From the IMG/VR virus record IMGVR_UViG_3300032307_000587: 64,000 nucleotides of DNA, one strand, 5' to 3'. Of the stretch, positions 37,680-47,407 are shown one piece after another. The DNA is from an uncultured virus (IMG/VR IMGVR_UViG_3300032307_000587) (lineage: Duplodnaviria; Heunggongvirae; Uroviricota; Caudoviricetes). Below the pieces are notes generated by a model, which saw nothing but the letters and a program-made list of their open reading frames with translations, was not told where the DNA came from and searched no databases. Position numbers and translations under genes: made by a program. Numbering within the stretch: the first letter of the stretch is position 1; the number at the start of each line of letters is the position of its first letter.

Positions 37680-37895
37680 ATGATAGAAATAATATTCATA
37701 ATAATAGCTATTTATGTTGTATTGGTAAGCATAGGGGTGGTTTTAATTACATTAAGACCCGATAGAAGTGTAGTTTATCAAAGGCTTAATGATGAAAGGT
37801 TTGAGTTGGATAACGATATAAAATTTTACTTTAAGGTATTGACATTAATGCCATTTAGTATATGGTATAGTATTGTAGCAATTATAAGAGGGTAA
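37680..37895 (+). CDS. Small two-TM membrane protein
   Basis: Two hydrophobic segments. Confidence 0.6.
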   Translation: MIEIIFIIIAIYVVLVSIGVVLITLRPDRSVVYQRLNDERFELDNDIKFYFKVLTLMPFSIWYSIVAIIRG

Positions 37896-38131
37896 TGTTT
37901 AATAGTCAAAGGATAGCTTATATCAACAAACTACAATCATTAAGGGATTGCTTTTACATCAAGTTGTATTACTCAAAAAAAGAGTATTCAAAAAAGGATG
38001 AAATAGAAAAAAACGAAATAAAAATTGCCCAATTAACAACCGAAATTGAAATATCGAAAATAACCAATAAGATTGATTCTTTAGTTGAAGAATATCGAAG
38101 TGAAATTGTAGAAAATTATGGACTCTTATAA
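37895..38131 (+). CDS. Hypothetical coiled-coil protein
   Basis: 78-aa ORF, coupled to neighbours. Confidence 0.5.
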   Translation: MFNSQRIAYINKLQSLRDCFYIKLYYSKKEYSKKDEIEKNEIKIAQLTTEIEISKITNKIDSLVEEYRSEIVENYGLL

Positions 38132-38819
38132 AAAAGAAGTTGCTATTTTTATAGCTAATTATAAATCATTCCCATTGACTGCGGATTGTATTGATAATAT
38201 CAAAAATGTTACGGGCTTGAATTACAAATTTTATGTTTATGATTTAGACCCCGAAACTGATATTGATGAAGTTGAATACTTTCACTCATTATGGGTGAAT
38301 GGGGGGCATAGTTATGTAAGTTTTGAATCACAAAATTTAACACAATCGTTTTTTGATTTTTTAAAAACATCAACAGAAGAATACAAGTGCATAATGCCTA
38401 TAAACCACATTGTATCGAGGGGATGGCTTGAAGAATTAATATTCCAACACAAAAAATTCAATGATGTTGGTGTATTGTCTATAAAGTCTAACAATACAAA
38501 ATGCGAAGTGAGTTCGTTGCCTTGTTTTATCAATGACCAAGATAAGTCAACATCATTTGTTTGGGTGAGCAGTAATAACTTTGTAGATGGTATATTGTTT
38601 TTCAATCAAAGATTATCGCAAATTTACCAAGATAGATTATTACCAAATGAGGTTGTGGATATTAGTAAATCAATGAGTTTTGTGGCGCAAATAATGATGA
38701 AAAATAACTTTTATATAACCGAGCAAAATTCGATATATTTGGATATTGAGAATGATGTATTATTTCCAAATGTAAAAAAGAGTTTGAAGGAGTATTTTAA
38801 TTTAGAACAATTTAATTAA
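38118..38819 (+). CDS. Degenerate GT2-like glycosyltransferase
   Basis: VAIFIANY....T.DCI.NI, V..GWLEEL.......VGVL; DxD not evident. Confidence 0.4.
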   Translation: MDSYKKEVAIFIANYKSFPLTADCIDNIKNVTGLNYKFYVYDLDPETDIDEVEYFHSLWVNGGHSYVSFESQNLTQSFFDFLKTSTEEYKCIMPINHIVSRGWLEELIFQHKKFNDVGVLSIKSNNTKCEVSSLPCFINDQDKSTSFVWVSSNNFVDGILFFNQRLSQIYQDRLLPNEVVDISKSMSFVAQIMMKNNFYITEQNSIYLDIENDVLFPNVKKSLKEYFNLEQFN

Positions 38820-38828
38820 CAAATAAGT

Positions 38829-39050
38829 ATGAGCAAAGAAAAAGGAAAATTAGAAGAAAAAAATTACAAAGAAGTGATGCTTGAATTAGAAAGGATTAAC
38901 TTTGAAATGTCAATGATAGGCGAAAAAGTTGATTCCGTTTATTACAGAAAAAAACTACCTAAGTTTAGGTATTACATAAGTAGTGACGTAGCAAGAACGA
39001 CAATAGTGATATTAGCAATTTTAGTAACAATTAAGTATTTATTTATATAA
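38829..39050 (+). CDS. Small protein with C-terminal TM
   Basis: TIVILAILVTIKYLFI. Confidence 0.55.
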   Translation: MSKEKGKLEEKNYKEVMLELERINFEMSMIGEKVDSVYYRKKLPKFRYYISSDVARTTIVILAILVTIKYLFI

Positions 39051-39460
39051 TGGAAAATCAATTAAAACAATCGGAAGCAATTGATATGTCAGTTCAAAAC
39101 GTATCAAAAGTTTTGTTAGAACTTCTTGTTTATGGAACGCATGAAGATAAGGATAAGTTAAATCAATTCATGGAGGATATTCAGGAACAAATTAAAACAT
39201 CAAAACAAGATAGACGTGTAAGAATATTATTTTACATTGATAAGGGCGAAAAATCAAATGAAGAAAAAGAGAAATGGCTTATTGGTAGTAGCGTTTGTAA
39301 GTATTACAATCTAATCAATCCACGAGGCGAAAATAGGTTGTTCAAAGGCTTTGTAGTGCCAAAAGATTATATTAAACATTGCATGAAAAATATCAAAACA
39401 TTTGAAGAGTCGTATTCAAAAATGAAAGAATTAGGAGTAACAATTAAAAGAAATAAATAA
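39050..39460 (+). CDS. Hypothetical protein, possibly an eroded GT2 N-terminal fragment
   Basis: LELLV...L...I.EQI...VRILFYID.GEKS..EK..WL......KY. Confidence 0.4.
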   Translation: MENQLKQSEAIDMSVQNVSKVLLELLVYGTHEDKDKLNQFMEDIQEQIKTSKQDRRVRILFYIDKGEKSNEEKEKWLIGSSVCKYYNLINPRGENRLFKGFVVPKDYIKHCMKNIKTFEESYSKMKELGVTIKRNK

Positions 39461-39462
39461 GT

Positions 39463-39768
39463 ATGGTACAGAAATGGAGAAAAAAACCCGTTATAATTGA
39501 AGCGGTTCAATGGTTAGGGAATAATCAGGATGAAGTTTTAGCGTTTTGTAATAGTCGTGAGGTTTGTGATTATGCAAGAATAGATGTAGCAAATAAGTTA
39601 GAGATAATTACGCTTGAAGGAGTAATGAATGCATCTGTTAATGATTATATAATCAGAGGGGTAAATGGCGAATTTTATCCATGTAAACCCGATATATTTT
39701 TGAAAACCTATGAGTCGGCAGAAATATCTGAAAATGGTGACAAAAGGATAAACCATTTTACGAATTAA
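39463..39768 (+). CDS. Widespread small phage protein (RKKPV...GEFYPCKPDIF family)
   Basis: KWRKKPVIIEAVQW, TLEG.M.A...DYII.GV.GEFYPCKPDIF.KTYE. Confidence 0.8.
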   Translation: MVQKWRKKPVIIEAVQWLGNNQDEVLAFCNSREVCDYARIDVANKLEIITLEGVMNASVNDYIIRGVNGEFYPCKPDIFLKTYESAEISENGDKRINHFTN

Positions 39769-39769
39769 T

Positions 39770-40174
39770 ATGACTTATTTAGAAGAATTGCAATCAACAC
39801 TTGATACCTCGAAAGAGATGTTAGAGTTGCTTAATAATCGTGTGGCGTTTTTAAGCGTATATTCACATAAAAGCCCTTACCAAATCAATGAAGATAAAAT
39901 CGCCTTACTCAAAACCAAAGGTGAAATAAATACCTTACGTTCAATAATCCATGAGAAAGAAAAATACTTTGAAAAGTATGCAAAACAACATGAAGTTGAA
40001 GTCGCAGAAATGGAATTGAATTACAAAAAGTTATTAGACATGGTTAATATTCGCAAAAAAACCGATGATAAATTAAATCAACTTTTAGGTAGAGTAAGTA
40101 TGGAAGCGGTTGAATCTGATATTGAAAAGAAGTTAGCTTTCTATAAGACTTTGAAATCATTTTTAGCTAAATAA
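39770..40174 (+). CDS. Coiled-coil hypothetical protein
   Basis: 134-aa ORF. Confidence 0.55.
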   Translation: MTYLEELQSTLDTSKEMLELLNNRVAFLSVYSHKSPYQINEDKIALLKTKGEINTLRSIIHEKEKYFEKYAKQHEVEVAEMELNYKKLLDMVNIRKKTDDKLNQLLGRVSMEAVESDIEKKLAFYKTLKSFLAK

Positions 40175-40175
40175 T

Positions 40176-40370
40176 ATGGATGCAAAAGAGTATTTAAAAT
40201 CAGTTGGTATTGAGTTGGAGAAAACAACTTTGATAGTTAATATCGAAGGAACAAATAGGCAGCCTGATTTATGTTTGTTGATGGAGGAGTTTGCAAAACA
40301 AAAAGTAAAACATATTACCGAAAGTTTAATGACGTTTGGAATAGTTTTGCCAAATGTTAATGGTAATTAA
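40176..40370 (+). CDS. Small hypothetical protein
   Basis: MDAKEYL...LMEEFAKQ. Confidence 0.55.
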   Translation: MDAKEYLKSVGIELEKTTLIVNIEGTNRQPDLCLLMEEFAKQKVKHITESLMTFGIVLPNVNGN

Positions 40371-41103
40371 GACCAAATAATCCCCATGCTTGATTTTCGT
40401 GTCTTGCAATACAAGAAGTGTCAGCGTATATCTTGATTTTATTCCTAAAGCAATCCTCTGCAAAATAACTATCAGGGTGCATTGATTCATTCTTAACAAA
40501 TCTAAAATTGATTTTTGAAAATACTTTTGTATTGATTAATACACAACCCAATCCTAAGTGTGCAACTTGTTTGAGTGAGCCATCTAAAAAATGAATATCC
40601 TCAAATCTATCAAAGTTCATTGATATGATATGTGAATTTATCACATTTACACGTCTTTGAATCATTACTTTTCTGTATTTACCTTCATCACGATAGTATA
40701 TTCCGCCAACAACAAGTTTATTGTGTTCTAATAACTTTTGAATAATGTTTTTATCAGGGAAAACATCACTCTCTAAATGCAATATATAATCATATTTATG
40801 TTCAATTGCGTATGACTTACAATCGTTATGAGATATACACATTTTTTCGATAACACTTTTAGTTTTTTGAGCGTTATTTTTCATCATTGAATCGTATGCA
40901 AAAAACTTCTTATCATACCCATAATTTCGGGCATAAATTTCATTTAATTTATTGGCGTTTTTGCCATTGTCATTTGTGTTATCAAACAACCTTATCTCAA
41001 AGTTAGGGTAAGTGAATGACATTACGTTATCTAACCACTCTTTAAAGCAATAATTTTTAGCTTTTGCAGTCGGTGAACATACAAGTATTTTTGGTAATTC
41101 CAT
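40357..41103 (-). CDS. GT-A fold glycosyltransferase
   Basis: KILVCSPT, YDYILHLESD, VVGGIYY, GLGCVLI...VF.KI.F, D.YF. Confidence 0.75.
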   Translation of the reverse strand: MELPKILVCSPTAKAKNYCFKEWLDNVMSFTYPNFEIRLFDNTNDNGKNANKLNEIYARNYGYDKKFFAYDSMMKNNAQKTKSVIEKMCISHNDCKSYAIEHKYDYILHLESDVFPDKNIIQKLLEHNKLVVGGIYYRDEGKYRKVMIQRRVNVINSHIISMNFDRFEDIHFLDGSLKQVAHLGLGCVLINTKVFSKINFRFVKNESMHPDSYFAEDCFRNKIKIYADTSCIARHENQAWGLFGLNYH

Positions 41104-41104
41104 A

Positions 41105-41788
41105 TTAAATAATTTGCGCTTTTTGTCTTAATTCTTGAAACATATTGTGAATTACATATTCTGCATTTTGGTCATAATGTAAGCAATGCCCATTTAGTCT
41201 ATTGTTTCCGCTATTTCTATTGCTATAATTTTGGTATCTACTAACAATATGTTCCTCTGAAATGTATTTTCTATGTAACATTAAAGCGTGTATCTCATTC
41301 TCTACAATTTTGCCTTCGGGCGTACAATAGTGGCAACCCGCACTATAATTTATTTGTTGAATATGTTTAGGCGAAAACATTATACGTTTTGAATAGATTT
41401 CATTGTAAACTCCTAACCTACTATCAGGCTCTCCTATCATATCAAAACCCCTTGTTTTAATAATAGTACACCCCTCAATGTCGGTAGGTATTTCTAAAAA
41501 TTCATCTGTATCACAAACAATAACAAAATCCGCTTTAGAATTTTTCCAACAATGGTTTTTTATTGCAAGTAATGAAATTTCATCCATTTTGCCATCAGTA
41601 CAATAGGTTTGGTAATTGCACCCGTTTTCTTTTATGATATTCAAACTATTATCACTTGATTCATTGTCAAAAAAAGTAATATTGGCGTTGAAATAATTTT
41701 TATAGTGGTCTATAAATGCTTGTAGTATGTGTTCTTCGTTATAACACAATGCAAAAACCTCTACGCTATATTTGTCTTTTGGGTACAT
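41105..41788 (-). CDS. GT2-like glycosyltransferase
   Basis: YNEE..L..FI.HY, FDNESSD.S, ADFVIVCDTDEFL, Y..GCH. Confidence 0.8.
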   Translation of the reverse strand: MYPKDKYSVEVFALCYNEEHILQAFIDHYKNYFNANITFFDNESSDNSLNIIKENGCNYQTYCTDGKMDEISLLAIKNHCWKNSKADFVIVCDTDEFLEIPTDIEGCTIIKTRGFDMIGEPDSRLGVYNEIYSKRIMFSPKHIQQINYSAGCHYCTPEGKIVENEIHALMLHRKYISEEHIVSRYQNYSNRNSGNNRLNGHCLHYDQNAEYVIHNMFQELRQKAQII

Positions 41789-41789
41789 A

Positions 41790-42599
41790 TTACATTAATT
41801 CTTTTATAAATTCAGGTAAATTATTTTTTGGTTTATATCCTCTATGAATCATACCATTAACGGCATCCCTTAACAAGTGGTGATTATTTGGTTCTTTAAT
41901 TGGGTGAAAAAGATTTTCAGGCAATAAAACAAATTCATCAAGACCCCAATCTCCCAACCATACGATTGTCTTTAACTCAAATGCTTCCGCAACTGTTAAA
42001 TTGCCTTGCATAGCTAAAGTGTTAAACATAGACTCAATATAAAACAAAGTATTTTTTTCGCTCACATAATCGTGTATTGTATCTAACATAGCCCTTGACA
42101 TACCACAAGCGCAAACCATAGAATGATAATAGGGAGGGGCAATCTTATTAAAGATGTGTTTCCAATGCCAATCCATTACATTATCTGTTTTTTCAAAATT
42201 GTTTGCTACAACTAAATCGTATGTTGAATACTTTTCGGTAAGCATAGTAAATACTGATGCGTTCAAAAGAAATACATCCTCTTCTAAAAACCAAACAAAA
42301 TCATAGTAAGGATTAAGAAATGCAAATTCATACAAAGCCTTATCGTAAGCTATTGGATTTTTCTTAATGTGAGTAACATTGTCGCCTATGTTTGAGTTCA
42401 TGTATCCACTATGTAGGCACTCTTCATCACTAATGTGTATAACCTTAACTTTACTTCTTTGAAATTCGACTAAGTTTTTGTCAATAGGGTCGTCACTAAT
42501 TATATAAACATCATAATTGGTTTTATGTCCGACTATTGAGGCAAAATCTAATGTTCCTTTGCTTGGAGTTTTGGTTAAAAATACTATGGCTACTTTCAT
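41790..42599 (-). CDS. Putative GT-A glycosyltransferase
   Basis: DVYIISDD, YDFVWFLEEDV, W.W, E..FNT, FHPIK. Confidence 0.6.
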   Translation of the reverse strand: MKVAIVFLTKTPSKGTLDFASIVGHKTNYDVYIISDDPIDKNLVEFQRSKVKVIHISDEECLHSGYMNSNIGDNVTHIKKNPIAYDKALYEFAFLNPYYDFVWFLEEDVFLLNASVFTMLTEKYSTYDLVVANNFEKTDNVMDWHWKHIFNKIAPPYYHSMVCACGMSRAMLDTIHDYVSEKNTLFYIESMFNTLAMQGNLTVAEAFELKTIVWLGDWGLDEFVLLPENLFHPIKEPNNHHLLRDAVNGMIHRGYKPKNNLPEFIKELM

Positions 42600-42608
42600 T
42601 TATGTATG

Positions 42609-42616
42609 CAAATATA
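42609..42616 (-). promoter_or_regulatory. -7 element (TATATTTG) for the GT cassette
   Basis: TAnnTTTG about 10 nt before ATG 42599. Confidence 0.6.
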
Positions 42617-42747
42617 CTAAAAAAATATCAATAAAATATTTATTGTGTACATTATTGACATTTGTATCTAATTGACTGATAATGAGTTGACAAATAAAGA
42701 TAAATAGTAGTACACAAAATATTGCTTTAAACACTAATTTCTCTTAT

Positions 42748-42755
42748 TAATTTTG
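42748..42755 (+). promoter_or_regulatory. -7 element (TAATTTTG) for the structural operon
   Basis: TAnnTTTG with TTG at 42722-42724 upstream. Confidence 0.6.
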
Positions 42756-42787
42756 TATCACTTTAAACAATAAATAATTTTAAAAAT

Positions 42788-42904
42788 ATGAACCTTTTCA
42801 CAAAAGAAACTGCAAAAACAATGGTTGTCACTCTTGCTACTGTAATGATAGCATTATACGTTCACACCAAATTTGTAGCACCAAAAATTACGGTAAAAAA
42901 ATAA
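42788..42904 (+). CDS. Micro membrane protein (38 aa, not in ORF track)
   Basis: MNLFTKETAKTMVVTLATVMIALYVHTKFVAPKITVKK. Confidence 0.6.
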   Translation: MNLFTKETAKTMVVTLATVMIALYVHTKFVAPKITVKK

Positions 42905-43052
42905 TCGTAATAATACACGATTGGCGTATCGTTTAAATAAATAAAATTGCTATATCCTATGATGGATTTTGTGTGAATAATAAAAAGTTTATAAATTGCC
43001 AACAGACCAATTCAAAAAAAACAATAATCAATCAAAAAAAAATTCAATTAAA

Positions 43053-43784
43053 ATGAACTCAGCAGAAAAAGAATTATTTGGTTACATTAATGGAACTGAA
43101 AGAATGAGTGGTTTTGATAGTTACGATTCAGCAGAAGGCGATATGTCTTACTTCGATGATGATTCATCATTCGATAGTGATGCATTCTCTTATGCTTCGG
43201 GAACTACAAGCGCACCGCTTTCTGACCCTTATGTTATCCAATACACGAACACAACAACTGCCGATGTAACGGCTATTATCTTCGGATATAACGATTACTT
43301 CGGTGCGACTAACTACGGTAATAACGTAGCAACTGTAATTACCAACTTACAAGGTGGTACTTATGGTCGTTTAATAGCGCAATCAAACAACAAGTTCTTC
43401 AAAATCGGAAAATGGAGATTCCAATCTTCAACTTCGAGCCAATTGCAACAAACATTAACATTAACTCACGTTGATGCGAATGGTAAGCAATACTCAACTC
43501 CGTTGAACTTGAGTATCATGCGTGATGCTTACCAACAACAATCAGACATCTTAGATGTGACTAAAACTTTGACAATAGATGGTAACACATTTATTTCATT
43601 TACCTTAAAAGGTAGTGCAACTTTAGTTATCTCGATGTTCCCAATTGCGGTTGTAAGTGGAAAAGCGGTACTTAACGGTGGAACTTCATTAAATACTGCA
43701 AGAGCGCCTCGTTTGAGCGGTAAAAATGTTGCTCCCGTTGTTATCCAAACAACACAAGACGTTAGAGGAATAACCAAAGGTTAA
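43053..43784 (+). CDS. Candidate major capsid protein (beta-rich, jelly-roll-like) with acidic N-terminal propeptide
   Basis: First large gene of structural operon; high-expression codon bias (ttc/aac/tac/atc); strong terminator after it; beta-strand pattern; start ATG 43053. Confidence 0.6.
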   Translation: MNSAEKELFGYINGTERMSGFDSYDSAEGDMSYFDDDSSFDSDAFSYASGTTSAPLSDPYVIQYTNTTTADVTAIIFGYNDYFGATNYGNNVATVITNLQGGTYGRLIAQSNNKFFKIGKWRFQSSTSSQLQQTLTLTHVDANGKQYSTPLNLSIMRDAYQQQSDILDVTKTLTIDGNTFISFTLKGSATLVISMFPIAVVSGKAVLNGGTSLNTARAPRLSGKNVAPVVIQTTQDVRGITKG

Positions 43785-43803
43785 TCTTTAGATACGAAAA
43801 TCT

Positions 43804-43842
43804 AAAAAGGGCAAGGCGACAATATGCCTTGCCCTTTTTTTT
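43804..43842 (+). terminator. Intrinsic terminator after the capsid candidate
   Basis: GGGCAAGGC-loop-GCCTTGCCC followed by T8. Confidence 0.9.
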
Positions 43843-43854
43843 AATACTTAAACA

Positions 43855-44334
43855 ATGAGAAATAAAAGCAATAGACCGAATAAAAAAGATATAATGAGGC
43901 AAGACATTACATTAATGACTTTATTGGCAAATGAGTCGGTTGCTGAATCTCGCAATCTTTTAAAAAAATATGGTAAAGGGGATGCGAAAGACCATAAAGA
44001 TTTAGAAGTTAAATTAGCCGAACTTTATTTTGCCACACCCGATAAGGTGCAATTAGAAAAAGAACTTGCATCTATTCACCCTCACAAAAATTGGATATTA
44101 AAATACTATCCACAAGTAAAAGAGGAAATCAAACAAGAGCCAATTATAGAAGAGGCTTTACCAATAGTAGAAAATAAATCAAATGCGGATGGTTGTTGCG
44201 GTTGCACAAGCAATTTCGATGCATCAAGTACGCCAAATACACAAAGAATTATAACTCCGTTAGACTATGTTGCAATAATAGGTTTAGTTGGGGTTATTGG
44301 TTTAACATTTTATGTAATTTCAAAACAAAAATAA
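43855..44334 (+). CDS. Virion membrane protein candidate (C-terminal TM)
   Basis: SNADG, CCGC, SNFD motifs; TM plus basic tail. Confidence 0.6.
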   Translation: MRNKSNRPNKKDIMRQDITLMTLLANESVAESRNLLKKYGKGDAKDHKDLEVKLAELYFATPDKVQLEKELASIHPHKNWILKYYPQVKEEIKQEPIIEEALPIVENKSNADGCCGCTSNFDASSTPNTQRIITPLDYVAIIGLVGVIGLTFYVISKQK

Positions 44335-44768
44335 TGCAAGTAGTAACAATTCAGGATGCGAAAATTTTAAAACCTAACAAAGACCACAAAAACTTTGTAG
44401 AAACGGGTGAGATAATTCCCGTTGATACAGTATTAGAAGGCAATGAAAGGTATATAAGCGGATTAAGAAGAGGCGAAGCATTTACATACAAACTTTTTAT
44501 CACAAAAGACAATCAAATAATTTATTTAAACAATATAAAACCTATGTCAAACGTAGAAGTATCATTAGGCGCAGATGGTGTTTCATCAAACAAGCCTGAA
44601 TTAAAGTCACTTAAACTAACCAACATGAATATAGTTGGTATTGCAATAGGAGGCTTATCGGGATATATGTATTCTAAATCTAAAAACTGTACTACAACTA
44701 ATATGATTATTTATAGCGTTGTAGGTGCGGGTATCGGGTTCGGTTTAACAAAAATAATTAAAAAATAA
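44334..44768 (+). CDS. Membrane protein, two C-terminal TMs (start ATG 44334)
   Basis: LGADG motif; GxxxG-rich TM hairpin; KK end. Confidence 0.6.
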   Translation: MQVVTIQDAKILKPNKDHKNFVETGEIIPVDTVLEGNERYISGLRRGEAFTYKLFITKDNQIIYLNNIKPMSNVEVSLGADGVSSNKPELKSLKLTNMNIVGIAIGGLSGYMYSKSKNCTTTNMIIYSVVGAGIGFGLTKIIKK

Positions 44769-44778
44769 TAATCAAAAA

Positions 44779-46128
44779 ATGGAAAACGTAAGAGTAATAC
44801 AACTTAGTCCAAACACATTTATTAGTAATGTATCAACATTTGATGAAGTGTTTGATGAATATTCAGAAGCGAGAGGTGATAGAAGAGCCAAAAGAACTGA
44901 AAGAAGATTAGAAAGACAAAGAGCAAAGGCTGAATTGCAAAGAGCAAAAGGCGAAACTAAGGCAGCAAGACAAATGAGAAGAACTGATGTTGCAGACCTT
45001 AGACAAGCAAGAAGAACGGGAAGAGTTGCTGCAAGACAAGAAAGAAGAACGGGTCGTTCCGAAATGGCACAAGCAAGAAGAACGGGTCGCTCACAAGCAG
45101 CGCAAGAGCGTAGAAGTAGCAGACGTGCATCTGTGTTAGACAGACGTAGAATGGGTGAAGAACTTGAACCTGAATTACAAGATGAGGTAATTAACGATAC
45201 TATTGACGATGGTGGATATGTTGATAATCAAGGGGATTATGTTCCACAAGGTGGAGGTGCTTATGAAGGCGAATCATATCAAGATGAACAAGAGTATGAA
45301 ACTATGCCACAAGATAAGCGTTTTTACGAAGAGGATGAATTTTATCAAGAAAATGAAAATGAAGTAAGTCCTGATGAGTATGATTTTGGTAGTGAATATG
45401 ATTCATATCAATATGATGAGCCTGAAAATGACTTTAACTTTGATGGAAACGTACAAGATAGCGATGAAATATTTGACGTTGAACAAGCAAGTCAAGTTAT
45501 TGAAATCCCCGAAGCAATTACCGTTACCGCAGATTGTATAGAATGGAATAAAGAATTATATTCAAGATTAGATGGTAAGAAAAAAGAGGCTTTAACCAAA
45601 GACCCTAACACCGATGTAAAAGCAATTAATGAAGGTATGCAAAAAGCATCTAACAGAATTGCTGAATTGGAAGATTATTTAAACGGTTGGTCTGATTGTA
45701 AATATAACTTTAATTCAAATAATGAATTTGAGGCGTTCCCTACAATGGATACGGACTATGCAAACGCAGAAGGTCAAATGATGATGGAAAAGGTTAAGCG
45801 TGGTCGTGGTAAAAGAGTAAAAAAAGCAAAAGAACTTGCAAGAAAAAAACGTGAAAAAATTACTACTGTAAAAGCTAAGTTAAACCCAATTATTAAAAGT
45901 AATGAAATAATTGTTCCCGCTTCAAGTTTTGATGGTATTCCAAAAGGAACGGGCTTAATTGGATTAGATGATAATAACGACTACGATGCACCTGACGAAT
46001 TGGACATTGAATTAAGTTCAAATGCAAGTGGTAATCCTAAAAAAATCAATACGAATGCAATATTATTGGGTGTAGGTATTGCTTTAGTCGGTATATGGGC
46101 TATCAAAAAATACAAACTAATTAAATAA
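44779..46128 (+). CDS. Membrane-anchored protein with protamine-like Arg-rich repeats and acidic spacer
   Basis: ARRTGR 11-mer repeats; several NFDG/NAEG/SFDG/NASG motifs; C-terminal TM. Confidence 0.65.
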   Translation: MENVRVIQLSPNTFISNVSTFDEVFDEYSEARGDRRAKRTERRLERQRAKAELQRAKGETKAARQMRRTDVADLRQARRTGRVAARQERRTGRSEMAQARRTGRSQAAQERRSSRRASVLDRRRMGEELEPELQDEVINDTIDDGGYVDNQGDYVPQGGGAYEGESYQDEQEYETMPQDKRFYEEDEFYQENENEVSPDEYDFGSEYDSYQYDEPENDFNFDGNVQDSDEIFDVEQASQVIEIPEAITVTADCIEWNKELYSRLDGKKKEALTKDPNTDVKAINEGMQKASNRIAELEDYLNGWSDCKYNFNSNNEFEAFPTMDTDYANAEGQMMMEKVKRGRGKRVKKAKELARKKREKITTVKAKLNPIIKSNEIIVPASSFDGIPKGTGLIGLDDNNDYDAPDELDIELSSNASGNPKKINTNAILLGVGIALVGIWAIKKYKLIK

Positions 46129-46805
46129 TGTTGTACTCTGATTTTTATAACGATTTTTTGTCAAGCTATGACAACAAAGACCTTGAAGGGTCTGTGACAT
46201 CACTATTAAGTGAAGTTGGGAATATTATCGTTACTAACAGAGGCGATTTTGAAGATTTGCTTACAGAATCGGGTGTAGTAGGTGATTTTAGCACAATGAG
46301 TGATGCTCAATTAGTTGATGCCTACATTGAAAATATAAACAACAATAAAGACCTACAATTAGGTACAAGTATGTTGGTTAATTTTCATAACAAACAATCA
46401 AATATGGATGGTGAATCTGAAATGGATGATGCGTGTGTTAAAGCGGGTTATCATACTTTAAAAGTGTATTTTGGAAGTCCTTCTGAAAATTATTCAAATG
46501 CTATTGCCGTTGACCCCGTTAGTGCAGTTGCCAAAGGTGTAGGTGAGGTTGCTAAATTAGGTAGTAAAATATCCGAAGGTAGGCAAAAAAAGAAATTTGG
46601 GGCTATGGATTTAGCTTCTAAAAAACAAGATGCAAGAGCAACAATTACTCAACAAATTTTAGCACAAAGACAAGCGCAAATTGAAGCACAAAAATCAAAA
46701 CAAGAAGCCAACGCAAAAAAAACAAGAACTATATTGATTGTTGGAGGTAGCATAGTAGGTTTAGCAATTGTCGGTTTTATAATTTATAAACTAAAAAAGA
46801 AATGA
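46128..46805 (+). CDS. Virion membrane protein candidate
   Basis: SNMDG, YSNA; C-terminal IVGGSIVGL...IYKLKKK. Confidence 0.6.
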   Translation: MLYSDFYNDFLSSYDNKDLEGSVTSLLSEVGNIIVTNRGDFEDLLTESGVVGDFSTMSDAQLVDAYIENINNNKDLQLGTSMLVNFHNKQSNMDGESEMDDACVKAGYHTLKVYFGSPSENYSNAIAVDPVSAVAKGVGEVAKLGSKISEGRQKKKFGAMDLASKKQDARATITQQILAQRQAQIEAQKSKQEANAKKTRTILIVGGSIVGLAIVGFIIYKLKKK

Positions 46806-47146
46806 TAAACATAATTATACCAAACGAAGAATATTCAAATGTTGATGATGATACCAAAAAAGCATTGATAACTGCGGGTGTCGGAGGCGCAACTGCATTA
46901 GGAACTGCATTGGTATCAAAACAAAGACAATTGACTGCGGTTGAACAAGCGTGTGGTAAAAGACCAAGAATAGGTAGACGTAAAAAACAAGCATGGCAAG
47001 AATGTGTAAATAGAACATTGCCACAACAAAAACCAATTACCCAAGCACCTCAACCAACAAAAGATAATAAAATGTTGTATATTGTGGGCGGTTCAATCAT
47101 AGGTTTAGGATTAATTACGTTGTTAATTTATAAGTTAAAAAAATAA
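46802..47146 (+). CDS. Virion membrane protein candidate
   Basis: YSNVD; C-terminal IVGGSIIGL...IYKLKK, paralogous to the previous gene's anchor. Confidence 0.6.
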   Translation: MINIIIPNEEYSNVDDDTKKALITAGVGGATALGTALVSKQRQLTAVEQACGKRPRIGRRKKQAWQECVNRTLPQQKPITQAPQPTKDNKMLYIVGGSIIGLGLITLLIYKLKK

Positions 47147-47147
47147 A

Positions 47148-47306
47148 ATGAAATACTTTAATAGTTGGAACTCTAAAGTGAAGCAAAATGATAAATTCAT
47201 TTGCAAGTTAAGATTAGGTAAACTTACCATATTTGAATTAATTGGTGATACTTCATCTAAAAGATTGAGAATTGTATTTTTTAACTTCGGATTAGAAAGC
47301 AAATGA
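47148..47306 (+). CDS. Small protein (52 aa, not in ORF track)
   Basis: MKYFNSWNSK...; ATGA coupling to next ORF. Confidence 0.55.
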   Translation: MKYFNSWNSKVKQNDKFICKLRLGKLTIFELIGDTSSKRLRIVFFNFGLESK

Positions 47307-47407
47307 AAAGGATATTAACAATCGTAGCAATAATTGGAATAGGTGTAGTCGTTTATAACGAATATAAAAAGATTCCTAAAGACACAAACGTAAAAGTAAA
47401 AAAATAA
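47303..47407 (+). CDS. Micro membrane protein (34 aa, not in ORF track)
   Basis: MKRILTIVAIIGIGVVVYNEYKK; TAATG coupling. Confidence 0.55.
   Translation: MKRILTIVAIIGIGVVVYNEYKKIPKDTNVKVKK

Noticed and set aside
42996..43052. N-terminal extension of the capsid candidate (likewise track starts at 2848, 8175, 15855, 33481, 34361, 44193)
   Set aside because: Non-ATG starts overlapping promoters or upstream genes; downstream ATGs have the A-rich context used elsewhere
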